Of a stretch of 64,000 nucleotides of DNA, positions 39,701 to 60,100 are shown piece after piece. The notes beneath the pieces are model-generated. The model had not been told where the DNA came from, did not search any database, and saw nothing but the letters and a program-made list of their open reading frames with translations. Within the stretch, counting starts at the first letter, position 1, and each line of letters starts with the position of its first letter. Source of the stretch: Macrostomum hystrix (taxonomy: Eukaryota > Animalia > Platyhelminthes); assembly GCA_950097015.1 (NCBI GenBank), contig CATNEN010000029.1, positions 8,184,001 to 8,248,000 on the forward strand. The letters run 5' to 3'. The translations under genes were made by a program, and so were the position numbers.

Positions 39701-42369
39701 CCGATAACAACACCCTCCACAGCAACAACTGCTACTACTAAAACGATTAGCACAACCACTACGCCAACAACTTCAACAACTACACCCACAACAACTCGAA
39801 CAACAACTATTACAACTACAGTGCCTAGTACAACTACGGTATGCGTCTGTCCAACTAACTACCAGCCAGTGTTTAAAAATGTGAAAGCTGTTGAAATGAA
39901 TCTTCGCTTTGCCAACATGCAATGGTTTAGCGACTATCGAGTGGCCGAAAGCTGGCGCTACCAGCAGCTGGCAAACTATCTAGTAGAGACGGTGATGGCG
40001 TCTGCTAGGCAGACCAGTCTGTACCAGGAGCTGCAGGATGTTGTCAATATCAGGTTCACGGAGGGCAGTGTGAGAGCCACTTTTAACTTGGTGGTTCGGG
40101 ACAGCTCTAAAAACACGGCGGCCAGTTTACTGAGCTTGCTTGAAAAGGGACTCAGCACCATGCCGTTAGGTGGCATCATAATTGACGGCATTAGCTCTCC
40201 GGGTGAGACTTTGTTGTTGTTTCTGTTCTTTTTATCTTTCGAAGAAAATAGAGGAATGTTTCAGAGAGCTGAGTGCCTGAACACTTGATGATGGGAGAAA
40301 GAGGAATGATTGCTGAAAACTATATATTATTTATCAGTTCAGACCTGGCTGCTCTTTTGATGGACGCGAAATTGGGCCACGGCTTGCATTTAAGATAGAC
40401 AAGAGCTCCAATAGAAGCTAAATATACGAGCTACATACGTATTTATTTAGCGAATTTTGTCAGGTGTGCCGTCAAAGTGTTTCGATTCGCCACGAGTCCC
40501 ATTTTTAGTACAGACGGTTCAGTGTAGTGTCAACGAGAAGGTCACGACTTTACTAGCCAAAGCTGCTACTGATCATAGCTGATCTTGAATGCTCTTGTCA
40601 ACTCTGGGTTTTAACCGCCACGAAGTTCACAAGTTTTCGCAAGACTTACACAAGAGCTCGAGCCTAATTGAATGCAACTGATATTACAGCCTGTAACTTA
40701 AACGATTAAAACATAAATGTATAGATTCACGGTGATTGCACATAACCCAGTTGGGTTATATATGTTCAGTAGACTGTACCGCCAACAGGAGGGCCACCAA
40801 ACCCCAGCTCATGCTGAGACACATTCTCCCCCAGCTAGGTGACAAGTCTGATTCGCAAGGAAGAAACAGTTTCCCTTTGTTAACAGTAAAAATACCACGA
40901 TGGGTATTTCAAATACAAACATTTTTCGTTTTTCGATGTCTCCCGAAATGCTCAACCAATGGCCATGAAAATCCAGAACGCGGGCAAAAATTTTCCGCTC
41001 TGTCTGATGAAACTGCTTCCAGAATCACAAAACATCGGCATCTTCGGGATATTCGACAATTCTCGTCGGGGTTGTCTCATGGCAAAAACTACCAATATAG
41101 TCATAATTATATGTTAATTTTTATATTATTGATCGAATATGGATTCGCCGTGTAGGTTTATATCGAGCATGTCAGTTGTCCTTGTCATCAGAGTCTCCGC
41201 TGAATATCTCGAATATGAATTCGGTTTATAGGAGCTATCATGAAGTAGGCAGTGGGTATATGAAATAGCCCCGTGGTTTTTCCCCGGGGGAAAAATAGCG
41301 TGGTTATAAGGCACCTCTACCCTGGGTCAGGTGATGAGATGCTTGGATTAGGCGAAAATCGTAGCAAATAAAAAAGTATTTTTTTATGGACTCCACATTA
41401 TGGCTTGGAAATCCGCCGACCCGCAGAGCTGACCACTGCAGGTCCGGCCTCCACTGCCGCCGTCGTCGTCACGTCGACCACTCTCGGGCTGCACGTGTCT
41501 ACAACAACAGCCGCTCAACAAGGCGGCATCGGAGCCAGCAGTGTCACTCTGATTGTGCTGGTCTGCTGCCTAGGCGGTGGCTTCCTACTGCTTCTGGCCA
41601 TCTTTATCATTGTGAGTGCCTCCCGATGGTTGCACGCTTGTATATGGCTGCAATCGGAACTCCCAGTCGGTCTTGTAGAAACCCCACTTTCTAAGAAACC
41701 GAACTCGCTCATGCGATTCGTCTAAAACAATGCTACGCCTTTTTTATATCATAAAAAGGTGAATTTTGCAAATATTTCCCCTGCACAAACATAACTGCAA
41801 ATCGAGAGCAGCACAAAAAGCTTCTTTCAGACGTGTTTTTTCATAACGAAAATGGGTTCCATGACTGCGCGGGTTATCTAAAATTATGTATGAAAAGAAA
41901 AAGAAAGATTCATTGACCCAGTTGGGCCAGATTTATCGCCAATGACTCAGCCGCAGCTATGGCGTGACACTTTCAAAAGCTGTCTACACCTGTTCAGTCC
42001 ATGGACTGGAGGGCCGCCATAGCAACCCAGCTGATGCGGGAATATATTTCACACCTGGGTGAGCTGAGCGATTGGGAATTAACTGTCTTGATCAATTACA
42101 CAAATTGTTTCTCTTGGCTAAGATTCGAACTCTCGACCTTTAGTACTAAAAGCCACCTCTAGGGAGGGACAGGTTGATAAACACCGAGGTCGGTGTTTCG
42201 CGGTCAGGCCAGAAATCTAATAACTAATTGAATCCAATCTGAAATTCCCACCCAGGTCTATGCTGTTCACATGCGGCGATTGCAAAATGGTCTCAGAGTG
42301 AAGATGAAGCAAGAGGCCAGGATTCTGGACGAGGCGCTGGACGGAGGAGCGTCAGTCGGACACCTATAG
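24721..42369 (+). CDS. Large type-I transmembrane mucin-like protein (~3,390 aa): signal peptide, 14 x [six-Cys ~150-aa domain + Thr/Ser/Pro linker], SEA domain, TM helix, short tail. Exons 24721-24733, 25426-25641, 25787-26395, 26565-26728, 26805-27420, 28042-28214, 28330-28804, 28987-29156, 29268-29805, 29897-31374, 31503-32066, 32389-32770, 33202-33371, 34450-34912, 35111-35283, 35516-36097, 36328-36943, 37129-37292, 37388-37733, 37883-38055, 38152-38536, 38695-38864, 38978-40202, 41427-41611, 42256-42369
   Basis: Signal peptide MGPIAVAATYFILAVLQLANC (an in-frame upstream ATG at 24703 is also possible); all 24 joins are phase-compatible and the exon lengths sum to 10164 nt (divisible by 3); SEA-like segment with FTEGSVRA; TM SSVTLIVLVCCLGGGFLLLLAIFIIVYAV. 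First and last exons are the least certain. Confidence 0.82.
24844..25294 (+). repeat. 59-bp tandem repeat, ~7.5 copies, in the predicted first intron of the mucin gene
   Basis: AAAGATCTGATTTGAAGGCGAGAATCATCAGAA(A/G)CAT(T/A)TCAGTTGAATACGAGAATGGCAG recurs every 59 bp. Confidence 0.95.
27520..27835 (+). mobile_element. Dispersed repeat family B (other copies ~33700-33840 on - and ~40960-41300 on +), all in mucin introns
   Basis: Shared blocks CCATGAAAATCC, TTCTCGTCGGG(G)TTGTCT..TGGCAA.AAC(C/T)ACCAATATAG and CCCCGGGGGAAAAATAGC; no coding capacity or ends defined. Confidence 0.5.
39870..40202 (+). other. SEA domain coding segment within the mucin gene
   Basis: EMNLRFANMQWFSDY...YQQLANYLVETVM...DVVNIRFTEGSVRATFNLVV: SEA-type pattern with F-x-x-G/S-V cleavage motif just before the TM exon. 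Confidence 0.75.
42110..42190 (-). mobile_element. tRNA-like fragment (probable SINE head)
   Basis: Minus strand reads GTGGCTTTTAGTACTAAAGGTCGAGAGTTCGAATCTTAG: anticodon-arm-like segment plus B-box GTTCGAATC. Confidence 0.35.
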
Positions 42370-45300
42370 TACAAAACTGATTTGAATGCACTCTCCAAGG
42401 CTCTGCCTCGTATTTTAAACTTTTTTTTTCTCCTAATCCGTTTGGTACCAAAATGTTAATTTGCGGACTTACAAGTTATATTATCTTTGACAGCGTTGGT
42501 CTGAAGATTGAATATTTTATTGTGTTCCTAAGCGAAGGGATCATACCTCGCTAATTGCTTGCATTTATGACGCAAGCAAATGCTGTCTAAAGGACTAATT
42601 ATCTTCATTTACTTGAGGTAAGAATTCGGCGGCCTTTCTTCAAATAGCTCCCTACATAGAATACTATTTCCATTTGTATCAGTGTTAATTGACTGTATTG
42701 ATTTTCGCTACCCCAAATGCAAAATTGCTTCTAGCTCTTAACTGTTTTGTCGTATGAGCGTGTGCGATCTTGGACTTAGAAAATATATACTAGATCGTTC
42801 TATGGGCCGCTGTGCAAAATATACTGAAAGTGAGAACTTTTAGTGTCGGGCCTCAACAAATAACGGACTGAATTAGCTAGATTATAAGGGCCCGTAAGTT
42901 GAAGCTGCAACCTCAGCGTGGGTCCACCAGATTTGGCTGAAAGTCGAATTAGCGAGATGAGCGCCAAATTACGACACGTTGCCGTTGGCCAGTGCATCAA
43001 CCAGTCTGCGCCGCTTATCACGGTGACAGGTACGGCCAGCATGGGGATCAGGATGGCGTGAGGATGAGGATAAAAACGACTCTGTTGGAATTTATTGAAC
43101 TGATTTGTTAAAAACACTTTTTTGAATTTCAGCAGGTACGTCACTGGCATAGATACCAGACCCGATGGAGTACAGAAGCTTTAGCAAGAGCAGCAGCAGC
43201 AGCAGAAGTCCGATTGCCAGCAGCAGTCAGAGCAGCGCATTGTGCTATAGACTCAGGCTGCTCCGGCAGACGAAGATCGAAGCTCCCCGGTTACCATGGC
43301 AACCTGCGAACAGTCGGGCGACACTGAACTAGAGCCAGAGCCAGACCACGTGAGCTAGACCTTCTAGATCACCAATCGGACTCCAGAACAGCTAAAACGG
43401 CTCGTCAGCGATCCGTTTGATCGGCAAATCCGCAAAATATCCAGCATTAGCAAGTGCGACTTAGAGATTCGCGCGAGCTGTCTTCCAGAATGTTTAGTGC
43501 GGCTAAAAACTTCTGCATTCTGCGAGCAGCCAGCCCGTGCCTCATCAGCAAATGCCGCTGCCTGCTCGGTCAGCAGATGGGCTAGGTGCTGCTGCCAAGG
43601 CTGTGAGCAAAGTTGTCCCCACAGCACTGCATGGTTTGTTATTTATTATAAGTACAGCAAACGTACGCTCTTGTGATATTGTAACATTGGAAACAAAGAC
43701 TGAATACAAAAAATCGCTTCTCAGCACATATTTTTTACGAGAAAGAATGCAATTTAAGTAACTCTATATGAATCATTTTCTGCTAAATAAGATAATGTTT
43801 CGATAACGTTTCGTGTTTGAAGTCCTTTGAAAGGCCGTTTAGTATATATGATACCTGTTTGCCGATAATTCACTATCAATCACTATGCGAGCACTCTGCT
43901 GACATACACTGGCCTGGTTAATTGCGAACCAGAGGTAGTCTGCTGGGGCGTGGCACGGAAATGAGCCTGCTTTCAGCTCTATGCCGAGGTGTGTTTGTCT
44001 AATTAAACGAAACTGGCTTGTGTCATGTCAGCCAGAATGTGATCGTGACCCCGCGACTTAACGGTTGCCGCCACGACTCTAATGAGCAGAACCTACTTGG
44101 GGTGTACCTTTGCAACCAGGCCTGAAGACGGAGAAACATGAAATGAAGCTCTTTTCTGCAGATTCGTGTTAATCGAAAATTACTTCTATTGTATGCGGAG
44201 AAATGACACTCGACTCGAGGGAAAATGGTTAAAGGCCGGTTTTTGCCTAAGCAATTACTAGTGTCAGCTTTTAAACTTCATTTATATATGTTGAGTCGGT
44301 TTTAGTATTTTAGTATGTAGTGAGATGGTTCCAATGATTCATTCATTTATCCTTTTCATATTCTGACTTCCTGTCACACATACGAGCTATACACTGGCCA
44401 GATATAGCCAATTCTGATTATTTCGAAAAAACACTATCAAACAACCGTTATGTCCAACATATTTACGAGTGCAAAGTTTTTGCCTTAGAAAGTTGGATAA
44501 ATTATCTTAATTCTCGAGTCAATTTGTGAGTCTGTTTTAAACAAATTACAAAAATGACGCAAGCTGTTAAACAATACACAAGTTATTGCCTGTTTTTAGC
44601 AATTTGGCTGTGTTTAAAGGAAGTTTTATTAACTAAAAAAACTGTTTTTATCAGCACAAATATTTATTTTATGTTATGATATTTTGCCAGTAGAAAATGT
44701 TTCTTTATTGGTACGAGTATAATCGTATTCGCGTAATTTGTTTAAAAAAGGAACTCAAATTTAGTAGTCCTCAATATGATAAAATATTTGAGTGGCAATA
44801 TAGTATTTGTGTTTTTATTCATTGTTTATTTTGATAAAAGCAGCAAAAATCACAGCTGGCTTAATCCGTTAGACATTCCATCAATAGAAACTTGGATGAA
44901 AATAGAAAATAAAAACTAGACACGAATTCTGAGTTTTGAAAATTGAATAATTCAAAGATTTATTCGAATACTGCATCAAGATCGGCAAAATGCAGCCGAC
45001 AGAAAAATGTTAAGATAAATAATAGTTTAAAAATCGTCTTAAATCAGATTTGCGAATCAGTTTTATCTTTAAGAATTAGAATTTAGAATTTGAGAATTAA
45101 AGTTTTTTTTAACTCGCTATCATATGCAGTCGAATTAAAAAAATCTATAAGTTGCCTCGACCAATCAAAATAGTGTTGTAATCAATAAAATAAATCAATC
45201 ACGTGAGAAAAATATTGATTGTGCGATTAAAAAATAAGAATTAATAGAAAGAATGGAGAACTAAAATTGGTTCGGCCTCTAAATATTAAATATAACCTAT

Positions 45301-45556
45301 CTGATTTAGTAACTACTTAGGCTGACAGCATTCTACGCATTAAACAATATGGCAATTCGATGACTTATCTTTGATGCTAGCAGCAAAAAAGGACAATTTA
45401 GAAAAAGACCTAGTAAATTTCGACCTGGCAAATCGCTTTAAAGTTAACTTAAAAAAACACAGCTAACTCACAAAAAGCACGGCTAAGTTTCTGTAGCCTT
45501 TTTGAGGAAAAAATTATTGCTACTGAGGATTTTAGAAAGTTTCAACGAATTCAAAT

Positions 45557-53298
<7,742 letters not shown>

Positions 53299-53664
53299 GA
53301 TAGCTGCAATTTTTTTGGAGCAATTCTTAAACTTTTTGTGGGGTAATTAATAGATTTTTTGTAGCATTTATTGAACTACAGTAGAAAAATATATTCTGAT
53401 TCTGTGTACTGAATGTCATGGGGACCGAGAAACGATGAATAAATCTTAGTATTGATTTTTGCCCGAAAAATTAGCGAAACAATGGCAGTATGTTTAATTT
53501 TTGTCTGACCAAAGAGGCAATAGAGTTGAGACACGGGAGAGATGAGTCAGATGTGAGATTAGACAGTTACGACACGCGAGAGATGAGACACTATAGAGGA
53601 ATGAGGCACTGAAGGAATAAGACATGAGAAAGTATTAAACAGTAGAGAGATGAGTCAGGGGAGA

Positions 53665-53912
53665 GATGAGACACGGGAGAGATCAGACACGGGAGAGATC
53701 AGACACGGGAGAGATCAGACACGGGAGAGATCAGACACGGGAGAGATCAGACACGGGAGAGATCAGACACGGGAGAGATCAGACACGGGGGAGAGATCAG
53801 ACACGGGAGAGATCAGACACGGGGGAGAGATCAGACACGGGAGAGATCAGACACGGGAGAGATCAGACATGGGAGAGATCAGACATGGGAGAGATCAGAC
53901 ATGGGAGAGATC
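53665..53912 (+). repeat. 16-bp minisatellite (AGACACGGGAGAGATC)n upstream of the CA start
   Basis: About 15 copies visible. Confidence 0.93.
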
Positions 53913-54902
53913 AGTGGATAATAAGCGTCGGAAGTGGTCCTAGGAGCCAGATTTAGGTAGCTTGGTGACCGGACCACTTAAATTGTCTATGGCCATATCC
54001 TAGTTGGTATTATCCTATAAGCTTCTAAGCCAGTTCTATCTCATCGTGAATAAGCAAAGGTTTCCAAAGGAATCCAAAGGTTCTACAAAGCTTTTAACAA
54101 TCCAGGTAGTGGTATTAGTGATTTTCTCACCTGTTTGAGTCGTTCAGTTGCGAATTGACCTGTGTCTTAACGCGTGCCCGTCTCCGCCGGCTTGAGCTTC
54201 AGTTTAGTATTGGCAACAGCGCAAGAGGAAAAAACTTTTGCTTTCAGCTTTTTATACTTTATCCAGTGCTGCCACAGGCCCAGTGGCTGCACAATGAACG
54301 GGCAGGTGAAGAGGTGACGAGGTAAACTGTGGGGGAGGTTGGAGAATTGCTTCTTGCTGGTTTGGGACAAGAGAGTCGGATAGGTGAGTAGTGCAATGAG
54401 GAGGGACGGCTCTGATTGGTCAGGTTTGGGAAAGGTGAGAGAAGGATGACGGACGAGCTGGTCCGCCACAAGTTGGCCTTGAACTTGGGTCTTCCTTGGC
54501 AACAGAGCATTACATGCCTCCGCTTTAAGGCTGCACACGTCAATGCATGAGCAAATGAATGACGCGAAGCCATTGTGGATGCGCTTTAAGTGCTTCATTG
54601 AAAAATGGTTTCTTCCCTTGGGTAAAAATTTAGTTTACTTAGTCCAATGTGTTTTGAGGGATTGCATAGTGCTGTTTTATCGTACGATATGACATGTAAA
54701 AATATTTATATGTCCGAGAATCTGGTGTTTTTCCGAGAAGTAAAATAATTTTATTTATCGGCTATATATATTAAGCAGTTAGCAGGGAAATGTACTCGCA
54801 AGTTAAAGTTAAGTGTGCTTTCACTAGCTTTTTTCCTAAAAAACTAATTCTTGTTCGGAATTCCAATAGGAAAAGCCTCTTTATCCTCTAACTGCAGGTA
54901 CA

Positions 54903-57162
54903 GGACACCCCTGCTCATTGCATGGAGTGGACACACCTGCCTTTATTCTCTCATTGCAGGGAGTGGACACACCTGCCTTTATTCTCTCATTGCAGGGAGT
55001 GGACACACCTGCCTTTATTCTCTCATTGCATGGAGTGGACACACCTGCTTGGTCCTCTCATTGCATGGAGTGGACACCCCTGCTTGGTCCTCTCATTGCA
55101 TGGAGTGGACACCCCTGCTTGGTCCTCTCATTGCATGGAGTGGACACACCTGCCTTTATTCTCTCATTGCAGGGAGTGGGCACACCTGCCTTTATTCTCT
55201 CATTGCATGGAGTGGGCATACCTGCCTTTATTCTCTCATTGCAGGGAGTGGACACACCTGCCTTCATTCTCTCATTGCAGGGAGTGGACACACCTGCCTT
55301 TATTCTCTCATTGCAGGGAGTGGACACACCTGCCTTTATTCTCTCATTGCAGGGAGTGGGCACACCTGCCTTTATTCTCTCATTGCAGGGAGTGGACACA
55401 CCTGCCTTTATTCTCTCATTGCAGGGAGTGGACACACCTGCCTTTATTCTCTCATTGCATGGAGTAGACACACCTGCTTGGTCCTCTCATTGCATGGAGT
55501 GGACACCCCTGCTTGGTCCTCTCATTGCATGGAGTGGACACCCCTGCTTGGTCCTCTCATTGCATGGAGTGGACACACCTGCCTTTATTCTCTCATTGCA
55601 GGGAGTGGACACCCCTGCTTGGTCCTCTCATTGCAGGGAGTGGACACACCTGCCTTTATTCTCTCATTGCATGGAGTGGACACACCTGCCTTTATTCTCT
55701 CATTGCAGGGAGTGGACACACCTGCCTTTATTCTCTCATTGCAGGGAGTGGACACACCTGCCTTTATTCTCTCATTGCATGGAGTGGGCACACCTGCCTT
55801 TATTCTCTCATTGCAGGGAGTGGACACACCTGCCTTTATTCTCTCATTGCATGGAGTGGACACACCTGCCTTTATTCTCTCATTGCAGGGAGTGGACACA
55901 CCTGCCTTTATTCTCTCATTGCAGGGAGTGGACACACCTGCCTTTATTCTCTCATTGCAGGGAGTGGACACACCTGCCTTTATTCTCTCATTGCAGGGAG
56001 TGGACACACCTGCCTTTATTCTCTCATTGCAGGGAGTGGACACACCTGCCTTTATTCTCTTATTGCAGGGAGTGGACACACCTGCCTTTATTCTCTCATT
56101 GGAGGGAGTGGACACACCTGCCTTTATTCTCTCATTGCAGGGAGTGGACACACCTGCCTTTATTCTCTCATTGCAGGGAGTGGGCACACCTGCCTTTATT
56201 CTCTCATTGCAGGGAGTGGACACACCTGCCTTTATTCTCTCATTGCAGGGAGTGGACACACCTGCCTTTATTCTCTCATTGCAGGGAGTGGACACACCTG
56301 CCTTTATTCTCTCATTGCAGGGAGTGGACACACCTGCCTTTATTCTCTCATTGCAGGGAGTGGACACACCTGCCTTCATTCTCTTATTGCAGGGAGTGGA
56401 CACACCTGCCTTTATTCTCTCATTGGAGGGAGTGGACACACCTGCCTTTATTCTCTCATTGCAGGGAGTGGACACACCTGCCTTTATTCTCTCATTGCAG
56501 GGAGTGGGCACACCTGCCTTTATTCTCTCATTGCAGGGAGTGGACACACCTGCCTTTATTCTCTCATTGCAGGGAGTGGGCACACCTGCCTTTATTCTCT
56601 CATTGCAGGGAGTGGGCACACCTGCCTTTATTCTCTCATTGCAGGGAGTGGGCACACCTGCCTTTATTCTCTCATTGCAGGGAGTGGACACACCTGCCTT
56701 TATTCTCTCATTGCAGGGAGTGGGCACACCTGCCTTTATTCTCTCATTGCAGGGAGTGGGCACACCTGCCTTTATTCTCTCATTGCAGGGAGTGGACACA
56801 CCTGCCTTTATTCTCTCATTGCAGGGAGTGGACACACCTGCCTTTATTCTCTCATTGCAGGGAGTGGGCACACCTGCCTTTATTCTCTCATTGCAGGGAG
56901 TGGACACACCTGCCTTTATTCTCTCATTGCAGGGAGTGGGCATACCTGCCTTTATTCTCTCATTGCAGGGAGTGGGCACACCTGCCTTTATTCTCTCATT
57001 GCAGGGAGTGGGCACACCTGCCTTTATTCTCTCATTGCAGGGAGTGGACACACCTGCCTTTATTCTCTCATTGCAGGGAGTGGGCACACCTGCCTTTATT
57101 CTCTCATTGCAGGGAGTGGGCATACCTGCCTTTATTCTCTCATTGCAGGGAGTGGGCATACC
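54903..57162 (+). repeat. 36-bp satellite (GAGTGGACACACCTGCCTTTATTCTCTCATTGCAGG)n, ~60 copies, with a 35-bp variant (CTGCTTGGTCCTCTC) near its left end
   Basis: Directly visible 2.26-kb array; it generates the spurious long ORFs in the track. Confidence 0.97.
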
Positions 57163-60100
57163 ATTTATTGCCCATTGGAAGATATAATCGAAACGCAAGC
57201 GCCAGATTAGTCTAGATTTTTTTAAGACTAGAATTTTAGGGAAAAAACATGATGCGCGTCAGTATTGGATAGGAATACAAGAATGCATTTGGTAAATTAA
57301 AGTTCATTCAGCCCTGTTAACAGCCAAAAAATCATTTATTCGATAATAAAGGGCTGCAGTTCTCTGTGTTCTATATTGTCATAATAAATTTGCATGAACA
57401 TTTTCCTGATTTAGCGAACGATCTCCGAAGCCCAGAAAGTTAATAATTTTCCGGCACTGACAACCGAACCAGAGAATGCAAATTTATTGGGAATTCGATT
57501 AAGAAAATTTCCTGCCTTTTATGGACCATTGCTATGGCAAGGCAGTCGCAAATTAATTGGCTCGCATGGATTCGCAGCCATTTTAGGCGGGAAGTGAATT
57601 AATTTATTGTTTGCTTCTAGAAGCAACTGAGCAGAACTGAATTGAAAACAGAAACTGTTTTCTTCTGGACTGTTTCCTGTCTTAAACTGATCAATGAAGA
57701 AACTCCTAATTATTCACAATGCTTCGTCAAAGAAGCGAGATTTGAGCAGATAAATTGATTGTTTCATTTTTTTGCTCTTGTACTCGTACTTACCTGTGAT
57801 CGGCTGTATGTACACGTCGGATGGTCACAATACGATAACTCGAATGGCCAAGCTATTGGCTTGCACGCAGATCTATGTCTCGCAATGTGTGAGTGGCAGA
57901 GAGCTATCTAAAGCGTTTGCCTCTCGCACCGAGGTCCCTGAGCTCGATTTCGCGGCTCATAATATGAAGCTATTTATTTCATTTTTACTTGGATTTATCC
58001 AAACCGAACAATTTTAATCCAAGTGGTTGGAGGTAACAACATGATCATTTGGTATCAAAACTGCGATTATGATTAGCTATAGTTATCAGGTATGTTGTAT
58101 AACACAGAATATCCAGTAAATGCCACGTAACCAATAGCAACTACTGCAATGATATGCTTTTTGCGAGATATTGCTCAATTTTTGACGATTAAATTTATCG
58201 TCAATTTGCGGTCGGCGATGTAAATAAACCTAAACCGTAGATTCCTCATTTTGAAAGTTAGTTGAAAGCGTCAGTTTTTAAAGATACTAGTGAAAATAAC
58301 ACCATGCAATGAAGTCTTAAACTACAATGTGACTGGATGGCTAGTGATTTGAATATCTGTTCTACCAAAACTATCGTGTTTTGTTATCCACGTTATCTAG
58401 CTCGTACATGCAGTGTTTAATTATCAAAACTAATGTGATGGCGTGTAATCCCTGCACTACCAGATCGACGAGGTCAGTTGTGTCCAATCTTAGATTTGGC
58501 ATTGTTTTAGCTTGACAATACTACTTTCAGTAGAATAAAAAAACGACCCAAAATACCTTTTTATATATGCGATGTACGAGTAGCAGCTACCTTTGGGGTA
58601 TTAGAATAATTAAATTAATTGCCCTTCTCTGGTCCCCTCCCTATCCCTGCACGATGACTCATCCCTGCATGAGCTTTCATTAATCATATTTTTACCAGGC
58701 ACGCACCCACCCCACTCCCGTCCCAATTAACCAATCACCACACGACGCGATCGTTCTGGAGAGAGAGTCTCGTACTACCTCGTGCTACCCTGGTTCTACA
58801 ATTTGTTCTACCTGGTCGTTCCTTGGCTTTCCAACCGGTCGTCACCTCTACCGTTTCTTCCTTGCGAGACTAATGTACATCGAATTTATGCATATGATTA
58901 GCTAGGGCTTGCACTCAAAGCGACACGAAAGCTGAACCTTAACCAGCTGTGATTGCGTCATTCATGGGGCCTGGTAATTAGGAGTTAACCATTTTCATTC
59001 ATAAGGACGTAGGTTGTTTCAGCCGGACACTCCCGACCTGGGGTTGGGCACTCTGGCTTTGCTGCATCCCTAAGAATCCCCTATGCAAAAGTCCTCTCTC
59101 TTTACTTGCTGAATCATCTATACTCCCTAAAAATTCCTATCTTTGACCATGGAGATTGGGAATGAGACTAATGTTCATTCTCTTTTAGAGTAGAAGCCCC
59201 ATTTCGTCAGGGTCAGCTAATGAATGCGTTCAGTAGGAAGCTTTGTTTTTTAAAGTAATTAAGCGAAGGCAAGCGAGTTTAGCTCAAATATTACGTCTGA
59301 CGTGACCTTTAAGGTTTCATAATTTCGACTTTATGAATTTTTAGTCTATACATTAAAAAATTTACTTACTTCACGTTTTATTTCCTACTTACTATTATCT
59401 ATCTATCAGTATCACTCTTCTCTTTCTAAGCGTTTATCCATTCAGTTTCCGTTAAACTCCGAAAAAACGGCGCAGCGTAAATTTAAAATTTTGATTTGTA
59501 ATGAAATTATTGGTCGGTGGTCGCCATTTAAAATGAATTGTAAATCGTTTTGAAGGGCTGCAGCTTAATGTAATATAATTAGTAATAGGGCCTACTTCTG
59601 TTATATAAATTACGCCGCTTTGCTGACGCACGCGCTTACAATATAGAGCAAGATTAGTTAAAGGTGGTTATATTAATTATAATCTAATGTTCGAATATTC
59701 TAATTATCTAAACTTAGTGGCTAATCCCGATGCGCGCGCGCGTGTCAGAAAACCGGTTGCAACTGGTGTCACTTTATATTTAACTTGTCAAGCGTAGATT
59801 TAACAAATACTAAATACATAATTAATACAAACATCCGTACGAAAATACCGGTAATATGAGAAGATGATTTAGCATAAATTTAGTTGTAATAACAGTACAC
59901 AAGAAATATTTTGATTTTACTAACAATTTAAAATAGACGAATTATTTCATTACATCATCCTCCTCAACAAAAGTCAATGTCCTCATTGAAAATAACAATA
60001 AATAACGTACATATGGCATTACAATGACTTCAATACATAGCTTCATATCGCGATTATACTACTAGCAGTACAAATACAAGGTTCGATAATATATACTCTA

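Noticed and set aside
26169-39789. Val-rich minus-strand ORFs
   Set aside because: Antisense shadows of the ACN-rich Thr linkers of the mucin gene.
42105-42130. U2 snRNA-like TTGGCTAAGAT
   Set aside because: Only ~11 matching bases; the flanks do not follow U2 and are better explained by the antisense tRNA-like fragment.
43130-43230. Leu-rich minus-strand stretch as a TM/GPI tail for the carbonic anhydrase
   Set aside because: An in-frame TGA lies immediately upstream and no compatible acceptor was found; it is the antisense of a (CAG)n run.
54167-54598. 143-aa and 104-aa minus-strand ORFs
   Set aside because: No recognisable motif or consistent splice partners.
54851-57215. 537-778-aa repetitive ORFs as real genes
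   Set aside because: Fully explained by a stop-free 36-bp unit; equally long in several frames on both strands, with no unique domain.
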